64,000 bases of DNA from Deltaproteobacteria bacterium (lineage in GTDB: Bacteria; Desulfobacterota; Desulfarculia; Adiutricales; Adiutricaceae): NCBI GenBank assembly GCA_031276635.1, contig JAISMU010000045.1:2955-66954 (forward strand), given 5' to 3'. Under the pieces are notes generated by a model. It made no database searches. It saw only the letters and a program-made list of their open reading frames with translations, and had not been told where the DNA came from. Positions 21,548-30,575 of the stretch are shown here, piece by piece. The position numbers and the translations under genes are program-made. Position 1 is the first letter of the stretch, and each line of letters opens with the position of its first letter.

Positions 21548-22781
21548 TCCAGGGTTATACGCGGACTGGCCCTCGCTTTTAAAGGACCGGCGTCTGCTAC
21601 TAATAGTTACAGGTGGGGTGGCCGCCTTCCGGGCCGTGGATCTGGCTCGGCGCTATTTAAGGGCCGGGGCCCAGGTCCGGGTGGCCATGACCGAGGCCGG
21701 GACCAGGTTTGTGACGCCGTTGACTTTTGAGGCTTTGACCCACCAAAGTTGCGTCTGGGATATGTGGTCCCGGCCTCAGGCCGAGATAGGTCACGTGGCC
21801 TGGTCTGAGTGGGCTGAAGCCGTAGTGGTGGCTCCGGCCACGGCTAATTTTCTGGCTAAATGCGCCCAGGGTTTAGCCGATGACTTCGCCAGCTGCCTGA
21901 TGTTGGCCCACGAGGGTCCCAAATTGATGGCCCCGGCCATGAACACGGGTATGTGGTTAAATCCGGCTACCCAAGCCAATGTCAGGCTTTTGATGGAGCG
22001 AGGCCTAGAGGTCATGGTTCCTCCGTGCGGTCGGTTGGCCTCGGGTCGGATCGGGCCTGGCCGCCTCCCTCACCCCAAGGCTATTCTGCGCCGGACCGCC
22101 TGGCTGCTGGGCCCCAAACCCTTGAAGGACAAGGTCGTCGTGGTCACCGCCGGAGCCACCTGGGAAAGCTGGGATGACATCCGTTACCTCTCCAACCGCT
22201 CCAGCGGCCAGATGGGTCTGGCCTTGGCTCAGGCGGCTTGGCTGATGGGAGCCCGAGTTATTTTGATCGCCGGGCCTAGCCTGGAGGAACCTCGGTGGAG
22301 CGGGGAGGGCTTTGATTTGATCCGGGTTGAGACCACCCAGCGCATGCTGGAGGCGGTCTTAAAGAGTTTTCCGTCCGTGGATGTTTTGGTCATGAGCGCG
22401 GCTCCGGCTGACTTTCGGCCCCGCCGGGTGGCGGGAAAAATCAAAAAGGATCAGCTGGATCAGACTTCCCTTGTCCTGGAGCAAACTCCAGATATCTTAA
22501 AAACTCTCAGCCAGCGTGGTCAGGCTCCTCATCAGCTAGTGGTGGGTTTCGCGGCTGAGAGCGAGGAGCTCTTGCCCCGGGCCCGAGCGAAATTGGTCGA
22601 CAAGGGCTTGGATTTTATCGTGGCTAACCAGGCCGGCGGCCCGCGCAGCGCTTTTGGCGCGCCGGACACCCAGGTCTGGCTTTTAAGCCGGGACGGCGAG
22701 GAGTTGGAGATTGGGCCGGGGCCCAAGTTTGGGGTGGCCTGGGCCTTGTGGGAAAAGCTGGTCGAAAAAATCAATAGTTAA
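21540..22781 (+). CDS. coaBC: bifunctional phosphopantothenoylcysteine decarboxylase / phosphopantothenate-cysteine ligase
   Basis: Flavoprotein N-domain (LLLIVTGGVAAFRAVDLAR, PAMNTGMW) and CoaB C-domain (VTAGATWESWDDIRYLSNRSSG, DFIVAN). I prefer the TTG at 21540, which gives about 413 aa. The ORF-track start at 21450 would overlap the preceding gene by 98 nt. Confidence 0.86.
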   Translation: MSNPGLYADWPSLLKDRRLLLIVTGGVAAFRAVDLARRYLRAGAQVRVAMTEAGTRFVTPLTFEALTHQSCVWDMWSRPQAEIGHVAWSEWAEAVVVAPATANFLAKCAQGLADDFASCLMLAHEGPKLMAPAMNTGMWLNPATQANVRLLMERGLEVMVPPCGRLASGRIGPGRLPHPKAILRRTAWLLGPKPLKDKVVVVTAGATWESWDDIRYLSNRSSGQMGLALAQAAWLMGARVILIAGPSLEEPRWSGEGFDLIRVETTQRMLEAVLKSFPSVDVLVMSAAPADFRPRRVAGKIKKDQLDQTSLVLEQTPDILKTLSQRGQAPHQLVVGFAAESEELLPRARAKLVDKGLDFIVANQAGGPRSAFGAPDTQVWLLSRDGEELEIGPGPKFGVAWALWEKLVEKINS

Positions 22782-23600
22782 AGAAAAGGCTGCGTTTGGA
22801 AAAGTTTGGTTTTTTCGCCAATGGCTTTTAAACAAATTTTCGCAAATTTCTGAGCGCCGCCGATTGACCATCATCCTTGAGCCAGTTTTAACTTAACCGG
22901 TGGAAGGCGACTGATCCTTCTTCAGCGTTCAGAGGGTTAAAACCCGACTGGCTCACCGAGTAACGGGCTAATTTCAGGAAGGTTATTTTATCTCAGGGAG
23001 GCGACTTTTTCGTCGACGCCTGGGCATTCTCAGGGGCTTCAGCTTAGCGCCGCTTGGTGGTGATTTGGGGCATTTCTTTTCCCAACAAAATTAAGGCCCA
23101 ATTTAGCGACTTGTAAATGTTCAATTGATTCTGACCACCCTCGACGACCCAACTTCTGACTTCCTCTTTATTAGTTCCAACTTATTAATCGATATAATTG
23201 TTAATTATAGTACTTTATTTAATGATTTAAAATAATATTATGGTTGCGGCGGCCCAATCCGCGTCAGAGTTGGGGGTGAGTGTCTTTCTTCCTCTATGAG
23301 GTGAGAGTCAAGTCCCTCTAATGTCAGGAGTAGCGATCCAGATGGACCACGAGCTAGGTGAGGTCTTCCGTGAGGGGGACTTTGAATCGTTAGTAGGGAA
23401 AAATTAGGCCAGCTAATTAAGCGATGAAAATTATTAAATAGGGTTGTAGACGTTGTAAAAATAAGCGGAAGACTATATTCAGAGTTATTATTAAATATAA
23501 ATTAATTAAAATTAAATTTCAAGGTATTATACAGATATTTGTAGCCGATAATTTTTTTGGAATTTAGGTTATTGAATGATTTGGGGTCAGAGCGGAATAA

Positions 23601-23636
23601 AAAAAAAGAAAAACCCGTTGAAAACGGGTTTTTCTG
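23601..23636 (-). terminator. rho-independent terminator downstream of dfx (potentially bidirectional)
   Basis: AAACCCGTT-GAAA-AACGGGTTT hairpin flanked by an A-run on one side and a T-run on the other. It lies 20 nt beyond the dfx stop. Confidence 0.65.
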
Positions 23637-23656
23637 GAATAGATTCAGGTCAAGGC

Positions 23657-24031
23657 TCAGGAGCGCCACAGGCCATGCAGGTTGCAGTAAGCCCGGGCGT
23701 TGGCCGCGTCATCAGTTGAGGCGAAGGTGTGTTCTGGGGTCTCACCGGGTTTGAGGTGATGGCGCTGGACCGCTCCAGCAGAGGAGAACTCGATCCACTC
23801 AATGAAATGTTTCTCCTCCATGGGATGGGCCACCGAGCCCACCGTAACTTTATAGCCCCCTGGGACCTTGGCCACGACCGGGATGTGCTTTTCCTTGGCC
23901 GCCTCGGTGGAGTTTTCCTTGACCTCTTTCATCGGTTGGCCGCAGCAGGTCAACACGCCGGCGCCTGGGCCGACGACGGTGACCATTTGTTGACACAATG
24001 AGCACTTGTAGACTTGATTAATTTGAGCCAT
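23657..24031 (-). CDS. dfx: desulfoferrodoxin (superoxide reductase, 2Fe type)
   Basis: N-terminal desulforedoxin-like CxxC...CC pattern (YKCSLCQQMV...LTCCGQPM), a central KEKHIPV block and a C-terminal neelaredoxin domain. 124 aa. Confidence 0.92.
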   Translation of the reverse strand: MAQINQVYKCSLCQQMVTVVGPGAGVLTCCGQPMKEVKENSTEAAKEKHIPVVAKVPGGYKVTVGSVAHPMEEKHFIEWIEFSSAGAVQRHHLKPGETPEHTFASTDDAANARAYCNLHGLWRS

Positions 24032-24083
24032 TTCTATTGTCCTGTCTGGTTAGATGGGTTAAGGCAAGCCAAAAGGCCGCCGT

Positions 24084-24659
24084 TTATATGAGCCAGCCCA
24101 GAACCTCAAAGTAGGCCTTGGGATGGTTGCAGGCCCGACAGGCGTCCGGGGGCTCGGTTCCCTCGTGGATCCAGCCGCAGTTGCGACAACGCCAGGTCAC
24201 GGGCTTGGGTTGTTTAAACATGGTTCCAGTCTTGATCGCCTCGAGCAGCTTATTGAAGCGATGCTCATGATATTTTTCGGCGATGGCGATATTTTCCATG
24301 ATACCGGCCACTTCGTCAAAGCCTTCCTCGCGGGCGATTTTGGCGAAGCCGGGGTACATGGCGGTCCACTCATGGTTCTCGCCGCCAGCCGCCGCCGTCA
24401 GGTGGGTGACGACATCGGCCTTGAGGCCGGACGGGAAAGAGCCAGTAATAGTGGCCTCACCTCCCGGCAGGAGCTTAAAAAGCCGGCTGGCGTGCTCCTT
24501 TTCCTGGTCAGCGGTTTCCTGGAAAATAGAGGAAACCAGCATGTACCCCTCGTTCCTGGCCACTGAGGAGGCTAGGGTGTAGCGGTTACGGGCCTGGGAC
24601 TCGCCAGCGAAGGCGGTCAGTATGTTGATTTCAGTTTTTGAGCCTTTAAGGGTAGCCAT
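24084..24659 (-). CDS. rbr: rubrerythrin
   Basis: Diiron four-helix motifs (GESQARNRY, EKEHA, E..H) plus a C-terminal rubredoxin-like CRNCG...CRACNHP. The internal ATG at 24659 gives the canonical ~191 aa. Confidence 0.92.
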   Translation of the reverse strand: MATLKGSKTEINILTAFAGESQARNRYTLASSVARNEGYMLVSSIFQETADQEKEHASRLFKLLPGGEATITGSFPSGLKADVVTHLTAAAGGENHEWTAMYPGFAKIAREEGFDEVAGIMENIAIAEKYHEHRFNKLLEAIKTGTMFKQPKPVTWRCRNCGWIHEGTEPPDACRACNHPKAYFEVLGWLI

Positions 24660-25374
24660 GAAGCCTCCGAGCTTGGTCATGAACCAAGTCGTTAAAATAT
24701 TTTGGAACAATGTTTTTGAGAGCCTTTGGGGCAGGAAAAAGAACTAACGACAGATAATTAAATCCCAAAAGCCTTGAGGACAAAACAGACCAGGAATCCG
24801 TGATTCGGATTATAAAATCCAAGATCCTTGAAGTATACGAAAACTGGACCTAATTTGTCAAATTATTAAGTTTTGAAAATTGGCGTATTAAATCAGAAAA
24901 CAGCCGATTTTTATTTGAAAAGGGGGGACTCAAGTAAAATTAGACCAAAATATTTTCCCTTGTCGGCCTAGGATGGACTCTTTTTCTTAGATATTGACTG
25001 ACCGGCCAAGTGGTCGTTGGGGAGCGGCTATAACTAAGGAGTTATTTCTCAGAGGAGTCGGCCAAGCCTGAGAACTAAGATCTGACGGTCAGGCTGACCA
25101 TAGATCCGCTTTCTGGTCTGATTGACTCAGCCAACGACCAGGAGAGGACTAGAGATGAAGAAAAAACTAGAATATATCGAAAAAGTATCAGTTTCTGGAA
25201 AGAGAATCTGTTATAATTATTTCAACGGGAAGGAAAGCTTAAAAAATAAGTCAGCATGAAAAAGTCGGTTTTTTTCAGGTCAGCCTCGCGGTCAAAGTTG
25301 GCCGATCGCGGAGACAGATTAATGGGTTTCTCGGAGGGCGGGTCCCTGGAGGGGCCCGCAAAGAGAGGGGCGTT

Positions 25375-26403
25375 TTGTCAAATATTATATTCGCCAATTC
25401 CTCTATGTGGATGGCTGAAGCCGCTAAGGATAATTCCTTTATGTGGCTCGAAGGCGCCGCTACTGTTAATGATAAATCTGACCGCCCGGCCTTGAGCGCC
25501 CAGGAAGTCATGGTTGAGGCTGGCTTGAATTGGGAGGTGGAGAAAAGACCGGCCTATTTTCGGGACTCTGAGGGTAACTTTAATTGTGTCCCCAACCATT
25601 TCGTGGTCACGCGTTCAGACGATCTTAGTCCGCTGGGGATAGTCGGAAAAGGTTATGAATTATTTCAAAATAGAGAATTATTCGATTTTATCGAGACATT
25701 CCTATCGATCACGAAGTCTAAATTAGACACATGTGGCTTTATTGATAATGGGGCCATGATCTGGGCAACCGCGGTCGCCGAAACTCAAGAGTTTTTGCCT
25801 GGGGACCCCAGCCAGGAGTATTTTCTGATCTCCAATAATCATGACGGCAACCGCGGGGTTCAGGTGGGTTTCATGTACTCCCGGCTGGTCTGTTCCAACG
25901 CTTTGTTGTCATCTCTGAAAAAAAGCGACCATTATAGTGTCCGGCATGTCCCTAGCCTGAGATACTACACTAACGCGATCCTGGATCTTATGAGCGCGCA
26001 CCGGGCTCACTCGAAAGAATTCGCCGAGATCATGAAAACCTTGATCCAAAAGCCTTTACCCCTTGAAACCATTAAGGATTTGACCGAAAAGTTGACCAGG
26101 TCCAGAAAATCCTCCCGCCTGGAGTTGCTCGACTTTTCAGATGATGAGGTGTCGGACACTTGGACGCCAGGCGAGCCTTACGCCAAGATCCTGGATTTAG
26201 TTGATCATGGCCTAGGGACGGAAATCCCGGGGGTTAAAGGGACGGCTTATGGTTTTGTGCAGGCGGTGATCGAGTACGTGGATCATCATCGGATAGTTAG
26301 AAAGGGTAACCGGAGCGAGGCTGAGGCTAAGTTTAAGGCCGCCCTGTTTGGTCAGGGGGCCTTTATGAAGAAAAAAGCCATTGAGCTGGCTTTGGCCGCC
26401 TGA
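25375..26403 (+). CDS. DUF932 / phage-plasmid-like protein (family typical of ICEs and plasmids)
   Basis: EAGLNWEVEKRP near the N-terminus, then NHFVVTRSDD...LGIVGKGYELFQN, GAMIWA and NNHDGNRGVQVGF blocks characteristic of DUF932. The exact start is uncertain (25375 TTG, 25405 or 25441 ATG). Confidence 0.78.
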   Translation: MSNIIFANSSMWMAEAAKDNSFMWLEGAATVNDKSDRPALSAQEVMVEAGLNWEVEKRPAYFRDSEGNFNCVPNHFVVTRSDDLSPLGIVGKGYELFQNRELFDFIETFLSITKSKLDTCGFIDNGAMIWATAVAETQEFLPGDPSQEYFLISNNHDGNRGVQVGFMYSRLVCSNALLSSLKKSDHYSVRHVPSLRYYTNAILDLMSAHRAHSKEFAEIMKTLIQKPLPLETIKDLTEKLTRSRKSSRLELLDFSDDEVSDTWTPGEPYAKILDLVDHGLGTEIPGVKGTAYGFVQAVIEYVDHHRIVRKGNRSEAEAKFKAALFGQGAFMKKKAIELALAA

Positions 26404-27548
26404 AATAAAACGCATGATTTTGTTATTTTATGACGCCATCACAAAAAGTCATTCTTTTATGAATTATTTGTGTTAAAATATTGAAATTTCTATTTTATTT
26501 TTGACCTCAGTTTAAAAACCAGAGTTTGGCCAAATAACTTAAGTGTTGGTCTGGCTGGCGGGCTGGACAATTTGTGACAATTATATAATATACAGTTATC
26601 GTTTGATAAGTCATTAGTTTTTACAGAAAAAGGACTTTCTTTCTTGTAATCTAAATTCAATTTTTTCCATTTAAAAATAGCGTATATAGGAATGCATATT
26701 TTAAAAATATGTATTATAATGATAATTATGTTCTTAAAAAACAAAATAATATAGAAAATGTAATTAAAGAAGTTGTAAAAAACAAAAATAACAAAAAAGA
26801 CGATTATGATTTTCCCAATCGTTTATTGATGATTTAAAAAATTTAATATATATAGCTGATGAATTCTGTAAAGAATCGGATATATTGACAACTGAATCAG
26901 TTAAAAATCATTGCCAAAAAAATTGTCAAATTTTACTATAATAATAAAATTAGTTACAATAAATTTTTTTATAGCGAGTAGTTTCCTAAAAACAGTTTGA
27001 TTTGATGAGTAGTTAGTCTTCTTCCATTTAGTTTAATTCTGCTGTTTCCTTATCAATCGACTATCTATACCTAAATTTATATATAGCCAAGAAAATATTC
27101 TGTATAAACTTAACAAAAAAAATTATTAGTTTTTAAGTTTAAAAATTATAAGTTCAGTTAATAGTTTCTCTTGAATTAAGGCAAGATAATTTTTCAAAAA
27201 TAACTTTATATCCACTAAATAACCGCGATTCCTTCATAATCGAGTTGGTTTTCCCTGGCCTACCAGGAGGCCAGCTTAGGCTAGGAATTTGGCCTGTCAT
27301 TTTACTTTGGCTGACTCAGGCTGGGCTCATGACCGCGCTCTTTCGGCTGAGGGTTTTGTGGCCTTGGAATAAAGTTAAAATTATCAAATAAATTATATAA
27401 TATTTAATAATATACTGCAATTTCATAATGTTATATAACAGGTTAGTCCTCTAAGGAAATCACTGATTTCGACTGGCCAGGCTTCCCCTTTGGCTTGGGT
27501 CAGAGCTTGGCCTATCAGTTGATCATCTATATTTTGGGCCTATAGCGT

Positions 27549-27572
27549 TTGACCCACTAATTGTCGTATAAT
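27549..27572 (+). promoter_or_regulatory. conserved promoter-like block upstream of rlmE-like paralog 1
   Basis: TTGACC-N12-TATAAT. The same TTGACC-N6-ATTGT-N-GTATAWT block recurs upstream of paralog 2 (28475-28498). The 12-nt spacing is too short for a canonical sigma70 -35/-10 pair, so the function is uncertain. Confidence 0.3.
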
Positions 27573-27609
27573 AATCACATCCTGTAGCATGCGAAAAAAG
27601 GTGAGGATT

Positions 27610-28191
27610 ATGCCTGTCCCTAAAAAGATTCCCAGAGCCATTATCACCGCCCATGACAGATTGGTCACGCTTGATGAAACTTTTCAGATATTCCACCCTG
27701 GCCAAAAAATCGTGATTTTGGGCTGTACGGATGGATTTTGGATTTTATACGCCGCGGTTAGGCTTATGGAAGTTGGCCAAATCATCGGGGTGGACTCGGA
27801 CCTGAGCACTATTGAGAAATTCGCCGAGCACGTTGAGCTGGAGAAGGCGGATATATTAGACGGAGACCAAGCCGCCCTCACGCGGTTCAAGAAGGCCCAT
27901 GGCCAATTGGCGAACGGGGTTCTGTCTGAGCTTTTACCCAAACGTTCCCGCAATCGGGAAGAGAACCAGGCCCGGAGTCTAGAGCAGGTCAAAGCGGCCT
28001 GGTCTTGGACCAAGGAATTGCTGGTCGAAGGTGGTTTTTTCCTCTTTAAGGCTCTACAAAGTGAGGCGGTGGACAACTTTATTGGTGATTTATCGAAAAA
28101 GTTCAATCAAATAACCCGCATCAACACTCAGCCGTCAAAAACTGGGCAGGAAATTTGTATTCTCTTACGGGGATTCAGGCTGAAGTCATAA
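27610..28191 (+). CDS. divergent RlmE/FtsJ-like methyltransferase-fold protein, paralog 1
   Basis: Aligns by eye along its whole length with the bona fide RlmE at 30576 (PGQK..LGC..G.W.LY, GVD, VLSEL.P, ARSLE..KAAWSW..ELL.EGGFFLFK, GQEI..L.RG). SD AGGTGAGG precedes the ATG at 27610. Confidence 0.75.
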   Translation: MPVPKKIPRAIITAHDRLVTLDETFQIFHPGQKIVILGCTDGFWILYAAVRLMEVGQIIGVDSDLSTIEKFAEHVELEKADILDGDQAALTRFKKAHGQLANGVLSELLPKRSRNREENQARSLEQVKAAWSWTKELLVEGGFFLFKALQSEAVDNFIGDLSKKFNQITRINTQPSKTGQEICILLRGFRLKS

Positions 28192-28293
28192 TCGTTTTTA
28201 GTCAAGGAAACTTCGACAAGAGTCATTTTATTAAAAATTTTTTTGGCTAACATCTCGTAATTAATATATTTAGTTTGAGAAAACCTTGTCTGA

Positions 28294-28344
28294 CCTGGTT
28301 TTCAAGAGCCTCAGGCCCAGGGCTTGAGACTCTTGAAAACCAGG
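28294..28344. repeat. long near-perfect inverted repeat (hairpin)
   Basis: CCTGGTTTTCAAGAG (28294-28308) pairs with CTCTTGAAAACCAGG (28329-28343), and the inner arms pair further (CTCAGGCC / GGCTTGAG, one mismatch). There is no U-tract. Confidence 0.55.
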
Positions 28345-28474
28345 GCGTCAGAGCTATCAGACAACTGCCCGCTCCGGCGACATAAAACAACTCAAATCTG
28401 ACTTTGAGTCTGAATCAATCATTAAAAGCTGAATCTATCTTTGTTTAGCTCACAAGAATTAGACCCTCTGGTAA

Positions 28475-28498
28475 TTGACCTGCAAATTGTTGTATATT
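28475..28498 (+). promoter_or_regulatory. conserved promoter-like block upstream of rlmE-like paralog 2
   Basis: TTGACC-N12-TATATT, homologous to the block at 27549-27572. Confidence 0.3.
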
Positions 28499-28544
28499 TT
28501 GTCTTAAATTGTGGTGGCAATAATATTTTTTGAACGGAGAAGTT

Positions 28545-29129
28545 ATGGCCGATGAAAACAAGGACCGTCAAGACTATATCATCGCCCACGATCGGCTGGT
28601 CAAGCTTGACGATTTATACGCCCTTTTCCAACCAGGACAAAAAGTTCTGATCTTGGGTTGCGCTCAAGGATATTGGCGTTTATACGCGGCTGAGGAGATC
28701 CATGAGGACGGCTTGGTCATTGGGGTGGATAATGATCTGAGCGACCTTGAGCCCCCAGCCAGTAATGTCCAGCTGGTCAAGGCCGACATCCTCTCAAAAA
28801 AGAAAGCCACCACCCTTAAGCGGCTAATGAAAACGCTGGGCCCGGGAGCGAACGCGGTTCTGTCGGAATTGTTTCCCCAACTTACTGGTGACCGCCAGGT
28901 GGATCAAGCCCAGAGCCTTGAGCTGGTCAAGGCGGCTTGGTCTTGGGCCAAAGAATTGTTGATTGAGGGGGGGTTTTTCTTGTTCAAGCTTTTACATAGC
29001 CAGGTGGCGGAAGAGTTTTTAGAAAGCTTAAGGCCCTGTTTTGAGCGATCGACCCGGCTCAAGACCGAGCCCAATGAGTTCGGCCAGGAAATTTACGTTC
29101 TTTTCCGGGGCTTTAAAAAAAAGCCATAG
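28545..29129 (+). CDS. divergent RlmE/FtsJ-like methyltransferase-fold protein, paralog 2
   Basis: Same architecture as paralog 1 and colinear with RlmE. SD GGAGA precedes the ATG at 28545. Confidence 0.75.
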   Translation: MADENKDRQDYIIAHDRLVKLDDLYALFQPGQKVLILGCAQGYWRLYAAEEIHEDGLVIGVDNDLSDLEPPASNVQLVKADILSKKKATTLKRLMKTLGPGANAVLSELFPQLTGDRQVDQAQSLELVKAAWSWAKELLIEGGFFLFKLLHSQVAEEFLESLRPCFERSTRLKTEPNEFGQEIYVLFRGFKKKP

Positions 29130-29209
29130 GCCGATTGTGACTAGCTGGCTTGAGGCAGTTGATGGCTTGGGAGGTAAGGAAACTCCAATTGCGCGGGGCC
29201 GGCAGGCTC

Positions 29210-29345
29210 TGATGTCTTCGAAAAAACCCTGGTTTTTAAAATTGTGCCTCAAATAAAATTAGTGATTTCAATATGTTACCACAGTAATTAGTGAAAGTAT
29301 GACTTTTTTCGGAATAATCAGGCTCTGAGGCAGTTAATAGATAAT
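29210..29345 (+). repeat. dispersed non-coding repeat R1, copy Z
   Basis: TGATGTCTTCGAAAAAACCCTGG...AAAATTGTG..CAAATAAAATTAGTGATTTCAATATGTTACCACAGTAATT closely matches 54670-54793. It also matches 60975-61094 in reverse complement. Confidence 0.7.
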
Positions 29346-29801
29346 TTTATATTAAAATATAGTTATAAATATTATGTCCATATGTTTTAAGCAGGTAAAT
29401 GAATTTAAAATATATTTATTAATAATTATTATAGATTAGTGGTTTAGGACATTCAGGCTTGGGACTGTATTTATAGGGCCTGGGACTAAAACTGTGAGAT
29501 TTCACCTCGTCTGATGGTGGTGGTCCTTTTGGAGAAGGGATTTTTGATGACTTTACAATTAAAAACAGCCTTCGCTCTGGCCTGTCTTTTCTAAACTCTT
29601 CTTGCTCTAAGATTTGGGCCTTCAGGGCATATGGTGAATATAGACAGACGAAAATTTTATCAGTGAAGTATCATTGCAAGCTGGGATTAGGGAAACTGGT
29701 CATTATGGCGCGCTCGCAAAAAGTTTTTCCAGATTAAAATTTTCAGATTCCCCTTTCTGGTAAATCGATAAAATTCGATAAGTAACCAATAAATCCTTTA
29801 A

Positions 29802-30248
29802 AATCAAATTGGGTTTTTAACTCCAAATATATTATCTAGCGATTTACTTTTTATTGTTCAAAACGCTACTTTATACCATTTTAGAATTTTAACGTCAATT
29901 GTTCATATGTATTGGACTCGGGCTATATGTGGACGTTTTGGTATGGAGATTCGTTATTCAAAAGATATTGTTTACAATAATTTTCCTTGGCCTCAGCTAA
30001 GTGATAATCAGAAAAACTCAATAGAAAATTTCGCTTAACAAGTTTTGGATGTCCGCGCTCATTTCACTAATAGTTGCCTGGCTGATTTATATGATCAGTT
30101 GAGCATGCCGCCGGATCTTTTATCGGCGCATCGAAACCTTGATAAAGCGGTTATGAGGGCTTATGGATTCTCCATTAAAAACACAACTGAACAAGAAATA
30201 GTTATTAGTTTGGTTAAAATGCATCAATCGCTAGTAAGTATTTTATAA
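29802..30248 (+). pseudogene. C-terminal remnant of an MmeI-like type IIG restriction-modification / DNA methyltransferase gene
   Basis: The frame reads IGFLTPNILSSDLLFIVQNATLYHFRILTSIVHMYWTRAICGRFGMEIRYSKDIVYNNFPWPQLSDNQKNSIENFA-stop-QVLDVRAHFTNSCLADLYDQLSMPPDLLSAHRNLDKAVMRAYGF. This is the conserved C-terminal region of MmeI-family enzymes. There is an in-frame TAA at 30036-30038 and no upstream catalytic part. Confidence 0.62.
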
Positions 30249-30575
30249 TAAATGTGATTATAAGAAAATTTAGTTTTTAATATTTATATAAGTCAAAATA
30301 TTATATATTATTTGTTGTGTTAATAATTATAAAATATTGTTACTCTACATTATTATTTCAATAATCTATCTCTTTTCTTCAACTAAAAAGCCTTAAAACC
30401 AAATAATTTATAAGATTAGAAGTATAGCGTTCAAATTTCATAAATTATTTTTGGTCGCGTGTGGCCCAGATGAATCCAAGCGAACCGAGTTTCAGGCCAA
30501 AACTTTGATTTTTGTGATAAATTAAGCCAGCCGTTCCAACTTTTTCGAGGACACTAAAGGCCTCATCGAGGGCTT

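Noticed and set aside
29210-29345. R1 repeats as integron attC sites / gene cassettes
   Set aside because: There is no integron integrase in the window. I could not find the R''/L''...L'/R' (RYYYAAC...GTTRRRY) core-site architecture or the imperfect internal palindrome expected of attC.
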